From positions 7,626,001-7,690,000 of the forward strand of contig CM022668.1 in NCBI GenBank assembly GCA_012295275.1: a DNA stretch of 64,000 nucleotides. The letters are read 5' to 3'. Every line of letters begins with the position of its first letter. Position 1 is the stretch's first letter. Below, piece by piece: positions 14,376 to 29,030 of this stretch. The position numbers and the translations under genes were made by a program. The DNA comes from Chrysomallon squamiferum. Taxonomy: Eukaryota > Animalia > Mollusca. A model generated the notes under the pieces. That model was not told the origin of the DNA and ran no database searches. It saw only the letters and a program-made list of their open reading frames with translations.

Positions 14376-15092
14376 GTTTCAAACTTTACATTGAAGAACT
14401 GGAGTCAGTCAGTTGCTGTGTATCTAACTATTAACAGCTCTGTTAATGGAGTGATGGATGGATGGATGTATGGAGAGACAGATGATGAAATAATTGATTG
14501 ATAAATCAATGTAGGTATCAGTAAGTACACACACGATCATTAATGTGTAATAACTCTAACACACAAATCATACACAGAAGGATGGATGGATGGTTGGATG
14601 ACACTGCTGTCATATAATTTTTCCATAAAATAAAAATAAAAAGATATTTTAAATTCAAAAGAAACACTTCATCACTTCCAACGCTGGAACGAAAACAGAA
14701 TTTATCATTATCTTAGAAAATAAAGCCATTAAATTTTCAACGCGACTGAACATTAAACATTAAGGTAAATAGCAAATTAATGAAATGTGCTATTTTTCTC
14801 TCGTGGTTCGTTTAATTAACAGCATATAGGTCAGAATAAATCATTTTTTTTGTTTCATGTGTGGTTAACACCTAATTAACCACTAGCTGAAAATGTCAGT
14901 ACGTTTGTATCGCGGTGTAGTTTTATAACCTGGGAAGCAATGCAGTGTTTTAATGATCAGTGAAATTGTTGTAGAGACAGTAATCCCATTGTGCATCTGT
15001 GGTTACATGACATTTTAGTAGAGTAAAATAATGTAAGAGAAAACAAAGGGAGAGAAAAAAAGAAAGAGTGACACAAAAGAAAGTGAGAATAT

Positions 15093-15151
<59 letters not shown>

Positions 15152-15264
15152 GAAAAAGGAAAAAAGAGAAAACCAGAATTCAAGAAAAATAGTGTGTTAA
15201 ATATAGAGAGAGTTAGAAATAGAGAGATGTATAGATAAATAAATCAAATATATATATATATATG

Positions 15265-15338
15265 TAATTCTATTTGTTTTTCCTTCTTTTCCGTTTCCCA
15301 TCTCTCTCTCTATTTCTAAAATTTTCTCTAATTCTGTT

Positions 15339-15396
<58 letters not shown>

Positions 15397-15647
15397 AAGA
15401 TAGAGAGAGTTAGAAATAGAGAGGTGTATAGACCAATATATATATATTTATTTATGTGGTTAAGTCAGTGATATATATATTTATTTATTTATTTATTTAT
15501 TTATCTATACATCTCTCTATTTCTAACTCTATCTTTAGAGAGAGAGAGAGGGGGGAAGGAAAGAAAGAAAAACAAATAGAATTAGAGAAAGTTTGAGAAA
15601 TAAGAGAGAGATGGAAAAAGGAAAAGAAAGAAGAACAAATAGAATTA
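15265..15647. repeat. Long imperfect inverted repeat (fold-back), arms about 150-170 bp
   Basis: 15265-15340 is the approximate reverse complement of 15560-15647. 15396-15432 (AAAGATAGAGAGAGTTAGAAATAGAGAGGTGTATAGA) is the approximate reverse complement of 15504-15536. The intervening (CT)n faces (GA)n. A third, direct copy of the inner arm lies at 15203-15240. Confidence 0.85.
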
Positions 15648-16433
15648 GAGAACAATAGAGTTTGAGAATTGGAGAGAGAGAAAGAGAAAGAGACAGAAAG
15701 ACAGAAAGAGAGAGAGAGAGAATGTTTAACTATATATCATCCTATATCAAACTGTACCAAAACAATCTAGATTTAACTTCAGAAAACTACCTAAATATAA
15801 CCGTAGAAAATATTCTACATTTAAGTGCACAGAATATTCCACATTCGTCTTCACAGAACACAACTGTACTTAACAATGAATAATATCTCTCACTTATCTA
15901 CCACATAAGTAAATCTATTCATTCCAAATCACACACACCTACGCATCATGTCTGCTATTAACGTCAAATTTTTCACGTCGCAAATTTCGGTAATTTTTCT
16001 CTGAAGTTAATTAGTTCCCGTACAACGATGAAATGCAAAGCTGAAATGTCCATTACATTACAACAGAAATAACTGGTGAGATGTATGCTCCATTTATCAG
16101 TCAATTTGATAAGCTGCTGGCTTTCTAAGTAGACACAGCAGTTAAAACAAAGTAAAACAATGTGCCACGATGTTAATTTCAAAGAGCAATTGTAAAACGT
16201 AGAACAAAGTAATAACATGTACCACAGTGTACCACAGTGTACCACATGTTCATGTGAAGGAGTCATAGTAAATGATTATAATGATAATAAAATTAACCAC
16301 AGGGGTTAATAAAATTATATAAATAAATAAATAATAAAATAAATAATAATAATGATGATGATGATGATAGTAATAATAATAATGTAACAACAACAACAAT
16401 AATAATAATAACAACAACAACAACAATAATAAA

Positions 16434-16483
<50 letters not shown>

Positions 16484-17085
16484 CTGATGCTGATGAAGAC
16501 TAATGAAGACTTTATTTAATGACTAAGATTTGTGTACATGTCTATATTATATACAGTTATTAGACAGAATGACAGACAAATAGGTAGACAGACAGACAGA
16601 TATAGCTATATATCATCTTTCATTCATTCACCAACACCACAATAACAATTAAGAAGAAGAACTCAGATATCTCAGACAAAAACGTGTCACCTCATTAACC
16701 TTTATTTTTATTAAAGTAATGATGCTAATTACACACAGACCAATCAATGTTTGACAGTATCACATACACAATAAACACTGGAAAAAACCCAATTTCAGAA
16801 CAATGATATAAGCTAATATAAGCATAGGTTTTGTTAAAATCATAGAATGAGATAAAGCCAAGGGTAATGAACTTGTTTCATTTGGTTTTTCCATCTAAGA
16901 TTAATTTTCAGAATCATATCCAGTTCCAACTGATGCTCTGGGTCAGGGATGTAATAAAAAGTTTTATGAGCTGTACTGATTTTATTACTTTGTCGTTTGT
17001 AATCAATGATGGAGAAGAGGGTGCAAGTTTAAAGATTTTCTGAAAATACTTGATGTGTGTGTATTTATTTGTACATTTTATTATT

Positions 17086-17116
<31 letters not shown>

Positions 17117-17489
17117 GTTTGTTTATTGAATTTTATGAAATTAAAAAGAAAACACTCTAGTAGAATGGAAAATATGTCATAATGAAAGCATATAATGTCA
17201 TAATGTATGTATGTATGAATGTATGTACACACTTATATATGTATGTATGTATGTATGTTTTTTATGTGTATGTAATGTATAATTCTATGTATATAATGCA
17301 TGTATGAATGCAACTATTACATACCTAGCAAAATATTCCTCAAATAAGCATATATACAAATGCAAACATAACTGCAGATAGACAATATATACCCCCCCAC
17401 ACACACACACACACATGCAAACACATCTAAAAAAAATAAAATAAAATAAAATAATAATAATAATAATAAGAAGAAGAAATAAAAGGTAC

Positions 17490-17670
17490 CTATGATGTAC
17501 TGAGTTCCTCCTATCCAGGTAGAAAAGGCTTTTCTCTGTATTTCCGGTGAGCAGGGGTGTGAGCGCGAGGCCACGGGGAGGTCGGCGTCACTGAACGCCA
17601 GGCTCTGCGAGTTCTCAACATCGGTGATGGTCACTTGCGGAAGAATGTTCAGAGACCGGCTCGTGTTCAT
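17490..17670 (-). CDS. PDE1: Alternative first coding exon B (60 aa MNTSRSLNIL...RKAFSTWIGGTQYII+G, phase 1); probably the same PDE1-like gene
   Basis: Clearest GC/CpG-rich island in the window, with sharp edges. ATG in TCAAAATG context with an upstream in-frame TAA and no convincing acceptor. 60 open codons plus 1 nt, then donor ATAG|GTACCT (GT at 17489-17488) exactly where composition drops to AT-rich. Ends QYII-G like exon A (QYTI-G), same phase. Exon status is more certain than gene identity. Confidence 0.72.
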
Positions 17671-18891
17671 TTTGACCAGATATCCAGATATCTCAGATGA
17701 TTTGCAGGTTTAGAATCTTATTTTAATGGTTAAAATGTTATCCAAAGTTAGAATTTTGTTTTAATGGAAAAAAATTTTTGAAGTGTTGTTCAAGTTTAGA
17801 ATTTTTTTTTTAATTTAGTGGAAAAATTATTTTAAAATTTTATCCAAGGTAAGAATTTTATTTTAATGGAAAAAAGCATTGAAAAATGTTGTTCAAGCTT
17901 AAAATTTTAATTTAATGGAAAAAATCTGTACTATTTTAGAATTTTTACTCAGAAATATACTCTTTAGACTGGATAAATGTTTAGAATGTTCTGTTGTGGA
18001 AAAGATTCACTTTTTAGAATTTTGTCTTATTATAAAAGATCTGCTTGTTTTAAAAATAGTTGCCTTGGTGATAAAGATCCACTTTTTAGAATGTTCTTGT
18101 TGGATAAGTAAATTCTAGGATTGTTCTCTTTTTGGAAAATATCTAATTGTGTTTTTGAGAATCTTTAAGTGGAATCTATATCATGTTGTAAAATACTTAG
18201 ATCATCCACAGTTTTGCATTTTTGAATTTGTTTGCATAGATAAAAGGTTTGAGGCTGCATGAAACATTTCAGTGTAAGAAAGAAAAATAAATCCAGTTTT
18301 CTTTCCAGAAATTTTCTATAGTATATATGATCCAACTCTTACAAAATATCCATTTGTGAAAGTGATTGACTTTCTAGAGTAGCTGCACAAGAATGTATGA
18401 TCCACTTTTCAGAAATTGATAAACCTGGAAAAGATCCACTTTTTAAATACAGGTTTCTTTTATTCAGTTATAATCCACTTTTTGTAGAAAATTAATGTAA
18501 ATGATCCAACACTTGAAACGATCCAGGCAGTTTAGAGTATTTGCCAGAAATGATCCCCTTGGTTTATAGAAATATCACTTTGTGAAAACGATCCACTTTT
18601 TAACTTCCATTGTCCTTTTTGTTTCTTTTTTACTTAATTTTGTTATTTTAAGTTCCCAAACTGTAAAAAAATAACTTTTTATAAATTTCACTTTGTAAGG
18701 GATGTTTCATTTTTGAGAAATTTCCTTTTGTTTTAAAAGTTACCAGGCAAATGTAGACTAGGGTTACTGAGATTCGATTTTATGCAGCCAAACTAAGAAA
18801 CTAAAAAAAGAATAATACTAAAATAATTTAGAATTAAAAGTGAAACAATATATATGTAAATAAGTAAAATAAAATAAAATATTGAAATAAG

Positions 18892-18922
<31 letters not shown>

Positions 18923-21738
18923 ATGAATAAATAACAAATAGTTAAAAAAAAAAAATAAAAAAATAAGTAATAAACAAATGTAAAAGAATAAAATAGAGTA
19001 AAACTTAAAAATAAATAATTAAATAAGAAAAAAAAAAAGAAAAGAAAATAAAAGAAATGAATAAATAAACAAAAAGAAAAAAAGAAAATTAAAATTGCAA
19101 ATGTTAATAAATAATAAATAAATAAATTTTCACATTTATGCCTAAAATCTCTCTATTTATAAAAATATTGTTTTAGAAATAAAATTTAAAATTATAATTC
19201 ACAATTTCATAATATTAAGCAGAGCCAGAGCTTGAAGGTTTTTTTTTTGGGGGGAGGGGAGATAAATAGATTTAAAAACGTCAGAAGTGACAATGAAATT
19301 TATCAGAAAATTACCAAATTCAAAATAAACCCATATAATCCAAATTCACATCTACAAAATATCTATTACAAACACAAAATTCCATTCAGAAAAAAAAAAA
19401 AATATCCATTACAAAATCCATTATAAAAATCCATAGACCTGCAAAGTTGTTATTATTAATATTACAGTCCACATTAAAAATCCAACAAAAATCCTTTATG
19501 AAATCTAGTATAAAGATTTATATCATAAGTTATTTATCATTAATATTAAAATCAATTTTAAAATCCATTATAAAATCCAGTGTAAAAATCCATACAAGAT
19601 TTTTATTATTAATATACTAATCCACATTAAAAAACAACAAAAATCCTTATGAAGACATCTGATCCTTTATTATCAACATTATAAGACTCCATAACAAACT
19701 CCACATATGTAAATATAAAACTCCACACTTCAGTGTAAAACTCCAAATGAGAAAAGCTATACAGACAATGCTTAGTTCTAAGAAAAAAAAATAATATGAC
19801 AACAATTCATTAAAAGATCCACTTTGAAATAAACAAAATGATATGAAATCTTGAAAAATCCATGATAACAGATCCCAAAAAGAAAAATTTATTATAAAAT
19901 CCACTTTATGAAATATAAAACATAATGAAATCCAGTATAAAAATCCATTTTCATAACATTATTAATTTTCATTATAAAATGTATGTTTTATGAAATCCAT
20001 ACTATAAAACCAAACAACACCCACCTTGCTACTGGCAATAACACTTTCCATTATAAAAACCTATCTCAAAAAACACCATAACAAGAGATTTCAAAATAAA
20101 AACCTGCTTCATGAAATCACAATCTATCCATAAATAACAGGTTATATATTCTAAAAATCAAAATATAGATTTAATATTTTAAAATAAAATAAAAAATCCA
20201 TTTCTTGAAATCACAAATAATTCACAGTAATATGTCATTTTATAAAACTACACAGCCACAAAGTAAACATTTATTAGATAAAATTAACATTAAATGAGCA
20301 TAAAAGAATTCCTTACTATTAAATTTCAAAATCTTTATAAATTTACTTATTTTATTTCCTAGTTTTTAAGTAATAAAAAGGCTATGATAAAAAGACTCAT
20401 GGACTATAAAACTGTTTATCAAAAGCTGGGGATTGTCATTTAAACACATTTATTTCAAAAACATCCTTAAAAAAAAAAATTAATAATAATAAAATTAAAT
20501 AATAAAATACAAAGTGACATTAACAAAAAGTAAGTGTACAAGAGAAATTTGACTGTTTTAATTTGGACTGAAAGAATATTATTTTCCCGTTCTGAACACC
20601 ATATTAAATAAAATCAAAATTCCTATAGATTAATTTGTTATTGATAAAAAAGGAACAGAAAATTTTAATAAAGAAAATATAATCTGTTGTATAAAAATAG
20701 TAATTTCAAATAGGAAACGATTTTTATTTTTTTAAACATATACAAATAAAATTATTAACTAAAAATAAAAGTAATAAAAAAATGAAATCCAAATAATAAA
20801 TGTAGCTTCTGTATTAAAGATAAAAAAAATTACTTAAGAACATTTTTTGACAGCTTTTAGAAAAAAAAATGAAAAGAAAAAGAACCCAAAATTGAATAAA
20901 TAAACAAAAGGAAGATTAAATGAAGAAAAAAAAAAGGAAAAGAAAATCAAATAAAGAATGAATGAAAGAAAGAAAAAAGAAAGGACAAAAAAGACTAAAG
21001 AAAAAGAAAAAGAAAATGGGGAAAAGGAAAAATAAATAAAATAATAAACATAAATCAAAATAAAATGATTTTAGTATTTTTCAGCACTATTAAAATAATT
21101 TTTTTAAAGTTTAAAAAACTTATTTAATTAAAACCAATCAGAAAACCAATTTTAACACAGTAACATGAACTCCTGAAAGCTTTTAAAAACCAATAAAAGT
21201 CACTCATCAAACATTTGTTTTTTAAATCCTATCTCTAGACAAAAAAGAGTTCCAACCAAAGTCCCATAACTACACAATTCTCCTCATATTGCATAGTTAT
21301 TAAAACAGAGCTCCAACAACAAACAGAAATTTACAGAAAGTGGCTTGCCATCCAGATTACAATTTTACTATATTCTGTGATTAGTTAAACTTACATCATC
21401 CAGACAGAACATTTCTCTGGTTAATTATTCTATTCTCTATATAAAATTAATCAATCTGTACATAAAATATATCTTAATGTAAAATTAATGCCATATATGT
21501 AAATTAATATAGCCAGTATCTGTGTATACTCAAGTCCATATAAAAATTATTGCAGTTTATATATTAAAAACATTCAAGACTATATATAAAATTACCCAAA
21601 TCTATATATAAAATTATTCTCTTATGCAATAACTCTAAACTGGAGTTTATGTATGTATATGTATATGTATGCATGTGTGTGTGTGTGTGTGTGTGTGTGT
21701 GATTATGTGTATATGCATGCATATGTATAAAATATTAC

Positions 21739-21770
<32 letters not shown>

Positions 21771-22265
21771 TATAATTATACATCTTCAGTTGACATATAT
21801 TTAACATTCCTTTAGGCTGTATATAAATACATTAAATATATAAAATTACAGTGAATATAAAATAACTCCTGTATGTATATAAAATTGCCTTCTACATGAA
21901 ATCACTATAGTCTATATACAAAAAATGACACTTTATATAAAAATTACTCTGTATATGAAAATACCATTGTCGGTATATAGAATTATTCTGTATAAGAAAT
22001 TGCAATTGTCTGTGTATGAAATTACTTTCTATATGGAATTACTCTGTATATAAAATGTCTTGGAGCACTTAGAAAAGATTAGAAAACTAACTGGAGATGT
22101 AACTAAAGAAAGGACAAAGAACATCAGAGAACATCTGAAAGCAATCTCGTGTGATGACGCGAAGACGTTTGTTTGCAAAATACACTTGACATGTCTCAGT
22201 GGGCACTTGAAGAATATGTTTTTTTATTTTCCCAGAAAAGTTAATTTTCACAGGCTTTTCAATGT

Positions 22266-22412
<147 letters not shown>

Positions 22413-23252
22413 AAAAAAGAGAGAAAAAAACCAGAAAAAGACAAAGAAATAGATAAAGAGAGGCAAAGTGAGAGAATGAAAGAAAAAGACAGAAATAAAT
22501 AAAGGCAGAGAGAGGGAGACAGAGAAAAAGTGGGCGAGAGATAAAGACAAAGATAGATAAAAAGCTCAGAAAAGTAAGAAAATTAAACAAAAAAAATCTT
22601 AATACCTATAACAAAGCCTACAACAGCCATTGTACAAACACTGGTGAAAAGAAAATGTCTGAATACAGCTGTTTATTTTTCAGCTTCAGATTGATCTAGC
22701 TGTGTTCTTCAGACTGTTAACCTTTCTCTCTTCCCACTCAGAAAAAGCTAAGCACTGTAATTAACTGTGAGTTTAAATCTTGTGTTATTCATACAACAGA
22801 CAGAGATGATGTACAGTTTGAAATACGCAAAGTGACAAAATGCATTTACTGTCATATGTACTAATTAGGAAATAAAGTTTACATCTTTTTATATGTGCAT
22901 AGTGATAATAAAATATAGGTTTTATATTAGTCTGTATAATATATACTAATTATTAAAGGTTTTTATTTAAATCTTTATATGTGTGTATGCTAATTATGAA
23001 ATAAAGTTTATATTTTAGTATGTGTGTATTAATTATGAACTACAGTTTTTACCTAATCTAAATATGAGTGCATAGAGCAATTATAAAAAATACGAATTAT
23101 GAATTAAAAGTTTGAACCTTTTCAAAATATGAAATTAGCTTCTTTTTCTAAAAATTCATTATTGAATAAAGTTTATTTTTATATCTGTCTGTCTGTCTGT
23201 CTATAATGTTCACCTTTATATCTGTGTATGTTTAAATTGGTTTATACACTGG

Positions 23253-23285
<33 letters not shown>

Positions 23286-23484
23286 TTATTAATTAATCAA
23301 ATGATGATGTCTTGTTCACAATAACAAGGAAATTAATGAGCTGCAGGTAACAATAAAGAAAATATTTTTAGACTGATGATGAATAGAAAGTATAATAATT
23401 AAAATGTTTTCTTTCAGGAAATTATGAAAGGTGAATATACTATTTTTTTTTTTTTTTTTCTACCTCATTTTGTAAAATTTCCAT

Positions 23485-23520
23485 CCATCTGTCTGTCTGT
23501 CTGTCTATTCTGTTTGTCTG

Positions 23521-23551
<31 letters not shown>

Positions 23552-23557
23552 CCTGTC

Positions 23558-23628
<71 letters not shown>

Positions 23629-23651
23629 GCCTGTCTGTCTGTCTGTCTGCC

Positions 23652-23735
<84 letters not shown>

Positions 23736-23784
23736 CTGTCTGTCTGTCTGTCTATCTGTCTGTCTGCCTGTCTGTCTGTCTGTC

Positions 23785-23829
<45 letters not shown>

Positions 23830-23872
23830 TCGTCTGTCTATCTGTCTGTCTGTCTATCTATCTGTCTGTCTA

Positions 23873-23909
<37 letters not shown>

Positions 23910-23910
23910 T
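23485..23910. repeat. (TCTG)n microsatellite, about 420 bp
   Basis: Direct reading; source of the SVCL ORFs. Confidence 0.97.
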
Positions 23911-24462
23911 CATCTGTTCACCTTTCAGTCCAGTCATACATTCTACTTACATAAAATAATTTATGATCACAAACGTCTGAGTGAAACAGCCTATAAATTA
24001 ACACTAATGACAACAGTGTTGGGAAAACAAAAGTATAAAAATACCTCTGTAAACCAAACTGACAAATAATGTTTTAAAAACCTACCAAAAATAATTAACA
24101 AAAAAACTATTAAATAAATGAAAGAAAAAGAACTAACTGAATAAATGAATAAATGAATAAATGAATAAATGAATAAATAAATAATTAAATAAATAAATAA
24201 ATTAATTAATAACTTAATAGATAATAATAATAATAAAATTAATAAATAAATGAAAGGTAAATTAAAAAATAAATAAATGAAGGTAAATAAATAAAGAAAG
24301 AAAGAAATAAAAATAAAAGAATGAAAATGGAAAATAATAATAAAATAAACATAATAAAAATAATAAAATTAATAAAAAAAAATAAATAAAAAACAAAATA
24401 AAATATAAATAAACAAGAAATGAAAAAACAAAAAATAAATAAAAAAAAAAAAAACAGTCCTC

Positions 24463-24505
<43 letters not shown>

Positions 24506-25941
24506 AACAACGAAAAAAACAACAAAAAAACCCCAACGACTTCAAATTAAATCCTCCAAAATCATGAAACATGAAATCTAAATTTCTCCATCAACCACCC
24601 CTCCCTCCCAGCAGCTAAACACACCCACATAATCTGACAGTACAAACTGACAGTTTATCTAAAACATCTCTAGCTGTCAGACTTGAACCCTGGAACTACC
24701 AAACCCATCTACAATATCTACATAATTATGCAAATACACCAAGCGGTCCCACTTCTAATGAATACTCTGAGAAACAACACTTACATATGTGAATAACGAA
24801 AATGAATAATGGAACGATGCTGTCACTGTTGATGCTAACAGCATGGTGTTGTGCAACCAATGATTATGGTAAAAATAAAAAATAAATTCTGTTTGCTATG
24901 ACTATGTAGGATAGTGGGTTACATTCCCATCCTAGATACAAGTTTGCTAATAAGAGAAGATAAATATGATGATGTATGTGTGTGCATACAGTCTCTCTTT
25001 GTGTGTGTTTGAGTGATTAATTCTCATATAAATGATGCTGAATGTACAGAATGTTTACAGTGTGGTGCAGAAAAGTCGTTTTTAATTTTCTTTCTGGATA
25101 ATAAAAGCCAGATTTTACAAGTATGTGCAAATATACATATATACATATATATATACATACATAAATGCATACTTACTACATTCATACATACATAGATGAA
25201 TACAAACATACATACCTATACACACATACACACACACACACACACACACATTCAGAAACATTCACACATATTTGTATTTAGCTTATTTATTTATTTATTA
25301 TTTATATATTTATTATTTATTATTTTTTTGTATATTTCATTATCCAAAAAATCTGATAAAAAGTCTATTAAAAAAAAAAAAAAAAAAAAAAAATCATGCA
25401 GCTGAAGAAAGGATAAAATGTAATTTAAAAAAAAGGAGAAAAAACTCAAAGCAAAGCAAAAGAAAATAAAATAAAATAAGTAAATCAGTCATAAAACCAA
25501 ATCTATAATCATTTTGCTTCAAACATAAACACAAATTAACTTTACATTTTTTTTTTAATTATACCAGCACTAAAGAGATTATAAACATACATAAAAAAAA
25601 TAATAAAAAAGATTCTCAAGTAATTAGCAAATAATTACTGTTACAAAATCCTGACCTACATAGATTTATTGATTTACCAAAAATTTACAATAAAATGTGG
25701 AAATAAGCAAAATATTGACAGAGCAAACAGTAAAATAAAGAGAAAATAAAATATTTATACCATCTTGATTTTGTGTTGTTATTAGACTGAGATAAATCTC
25801 AGTATTCAGGTATACCTGATCAAAATTAGTTTTGTCTCTTCTTAGCAGTTTTATTTATTTATCATTTACTAGGTTATATTTTGTTATTTTATGTTTTCTA
25901 TTTATTTATTTATTTATTTATTTTATTATTTATTATTTATT

Positions 25942-26000
<59 letters not shown>

Positions 26001-26195
26001 TTATTTATTATGTCATAAACTAATGTTTTGTTATTATATGTTATTTGTCTATAAATTTATGTTATTTATTATTTATAAAATTGTTAATATGATATATATT
26101 ATGTTATATTACATCAAATTATTTATTAATATTATTTATTTATTTATTATACATAAATTTAATATTTATTATGTTATTTTTATTTATTTATTTAT

Positions 26196-26237
<42 letters not shown>

Positions 26238-26492
26238 GTTATAGTAATAATAATAATAAAATAATAACAACAACAACAACAAACCTATTAGAAGAGGAGG
26301 TTATACAGTGAGGCTGTTTCTGTCATTCAGTGTATAACTGAGTATAACAGTATTTAACAAAGATACACAAAGTAGTGAGCCATAGTAACAACTTATTAAC
26401 TGTCATTTTAAAACAGTCTACACTGTACAAAAATAGTACAGCTGTTACAATATTGCTGTGAGGAAAATATAAGTAGATGTAGTACACACCAG

Positions 26493-26537
<45 letters not shown>

Positions 26538-27049
26538 TGTACACATACATATATACATACATACATAGACACAGAATTAATAAATAAAAAATAGACACTT
26601 ACATACATATAATACATACATATACATTCATAAAATAGACATATAGACATATCAGAAAATACACACACACACACACACATATGGATAGACATATGACAGA
26701 TACAAACACAAAAAAGATTTAATGAAAATCAGAAACACAGAAACAATTTATAATAATTAAGTGTGTGAGAATGTGCATGTCTGTGTGTGTGTGTCTGTGT
26801 GTGTGTGTGTCTGTGTGTTTGTTTGTGAGTGACCTGCTGCAACATTATAAAGTGAAAACTAAGAAGCCAAACGTTATCTGTGAAAACATAGTGTATCTGT
26901 GTGTGTGTGTAAAATCTTCATGTGTGAGTGTATCTGGTGTGTGTGTTTCTGTGTGTGTCACAATCACAGTGTGTGTGTGTGTTTGTGTTTGTGTTTGTGA
27001 CCAAACACAAGTGAGTGTGTTTAATGTGAAAACAGAAGGAATGAGTGTG

Positions 27050-27590
27050 TTTTAAATGTTTTATCACAAACACAGGTGAGAGTGTCTAAAATCTTCACCA
27101 TTACGTTCACACAGGAGTGAGTGTGTTTGATGTGTTTTATCACAAACACAGGAGTGAGTGTGTTTGATGTGTTTTATCACAAACACAGGAGTGAGTGTGT
27201 TTGATGTGTTTTATCACAAACACAGGAATGAGTGTGTTTGATGTGTTTTATCACAAACACAGGAGTGAGCATGTTTGATGTGTTTTATCACAAACACAGG
27301 ATGAGCGTGTGTTTTGTGTTTTATCACAAACACAGGAGTGAGCGTGTGTTTTGTGTTTTATCACAAACACAGGAGTGAGCGTGTTTGATGTGTTTTATCA
27401 CAAACACAGGAGTGAGCATGTTTGATGTGTTTTATCACAAACACAGGAGTGAGCATGTGTTTTGTATTTTATCACAAACACAGGAGTGAGCTTGTTTGAT
27501 GTGTTTTATCAAAAACACAGGAGTGAGTGTGTGTTTTGTGTTTTATCACAAACACAGGAGTGAGTGTGTTTGACATGTTTTATCACAAAC
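27050..27590. repeat. 37-bp minisatellite, about 14 copies (GTGTTTTATCACAAACACAGGAGTGAGTGTGTTTGAT)
   Basis: Head-to-tail units, e.g. starting at 27132 and 27169; few substitutions; no spacers. Confidence 0.95.
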
Positions 27591-27766
27591 AAGCAGAGAC
27601 TGACTTTAGAGGAAGATTTTGTTCAGTATTAAAATCAGCTACTCATAGTTACAGTGGAAATTTGACATTATTTTCTGTATGTGGTTAGTGAAAGTCACTT
27701 TAAATTATTAAAAAAAATTCATTTTAAACTTCTCTTGTTTGGTTTAAACTGTGTTTCTGATGTTCT

Positions 27767-27824
<58 letters not shown>

Positions 27825-28452
27825 GAAAAGTAGAGTGAAAGAGAGATAGGGTGAGAGAAAGAGATAAAGAAAAAGAGAAAAAAAACAGAGATAAAGAGAG
27901 AGAAACAAAGGGAGAAACTGTTTACAGTGTTTTTTCAAAAGAAATGGGGTTATTTCAGTATCACAAGTCATAAAACATAAGTTTTCTTTATGATCATCAC
28001 TCTTTGTTGTTACAGTTATTACTATTAATATTATCTTTATTATTAGTAATGTCATTACTGCTCTCTCTCTCTCTCTAGATATATATATATTAAATAATTT
28101 TGTTATAATTTATTTATTATTCTTTCTGTTTAATGACCTAAAGAAATTAGAAGAAAAAAAGGAGATTAAAAAAAAAGTAAATTGTCTCTAGTCTAATGAA
28201 GTATTTTAAATGCCACACTCTCTGTAAACAGTCTATTAAAATCAGAAAACGGTTTTACTGCTGTCACAAGTTCATCTCAGAAAGGTTGGTTTGGGGAATT
28301 GTTGTGAGAAGAAACAGATTAAAACTTCCATTAAATTCATCAAGAGAATTGCTTCTAGGTGATCTGGACAATAAATAACTAAATAAGTAAATAAATAAAT
28401 AAAGGAGCAAGCAAGAAAATATAAAAATAACTAAATAAAATAAATAAATAGA

Positions 28453-28483
<31 letters not shown>

Positions 28484-28749
28484 ATAGATAATTAAATAAA
28501 TAAATAAATAAATAAATTACTGTAATGCTTTATATGCTTGGAGTTCCAGCTAGATAAAAATAAAATAAAATATCATCAGTCAAAAAATCCATAATTTAAT
28601 TAGTTTTAATCATGGATAAAAACAGGAAAAAAATGAAGGAAGAAAGAAAGAGAGAGAGAAAAAATGTATTTTTCAGGTGATAGGAATTTCTCATCATCAT
28701 TAAAATTGTCTTTTCTTTTATTAAAATAAATTAAGTACCGTATGGATGA

Positions 28750-29030
28750 TAATTAAAATAATGTAGAACACAACAAAAATAATGTAGAACAGAACAAAAA
28801 TAATGTTAAACACACTGAAAAGAATATATAACACAACAAAAATAATGTAGAACAGAACACAATTAATGTTAAACACACCGAAAAGAATATATAACACAAC
28901 AAAAATAATGTAGAACAAATAACAAAAATAATGTAGAACAAAACAAAAACATTGTAGAACACAACACAGATAATATAAAAACTACATAAAAAATATGTAC
29001 AAGACAACAAAAAACTGTAAAATAGAACAA
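28750..29030. repeat. ~21-bp A-rich minisatellite (AAAAATAATGTAGAACACAAC)
   Basis: Tandem units with a higher-order duplication of 28775-28840 at 28837-28902. Confidence 0.85.

Noticed and set aside
17319-17345. Ratchet-like TTTTGCTAG|GTATGT on the minus strand
   Set aside because: Short pyrimidine tract with an upstream AG, and only ~165 nt from the exon B donor; more likely chance or a cryptic donor.
17317-17489. C-terminal half of the 117-aa ORF 17317-17670
   Set aside because: Low-complexity read-through past the GT donor at 17489; intronic.
27050-27590. CRISPR-like appearance (37-bp palindromic repeat)
   Set aside because: Units are head-to-tail with no unique spacers, there are no cas genes, and the context is eukaryotic.
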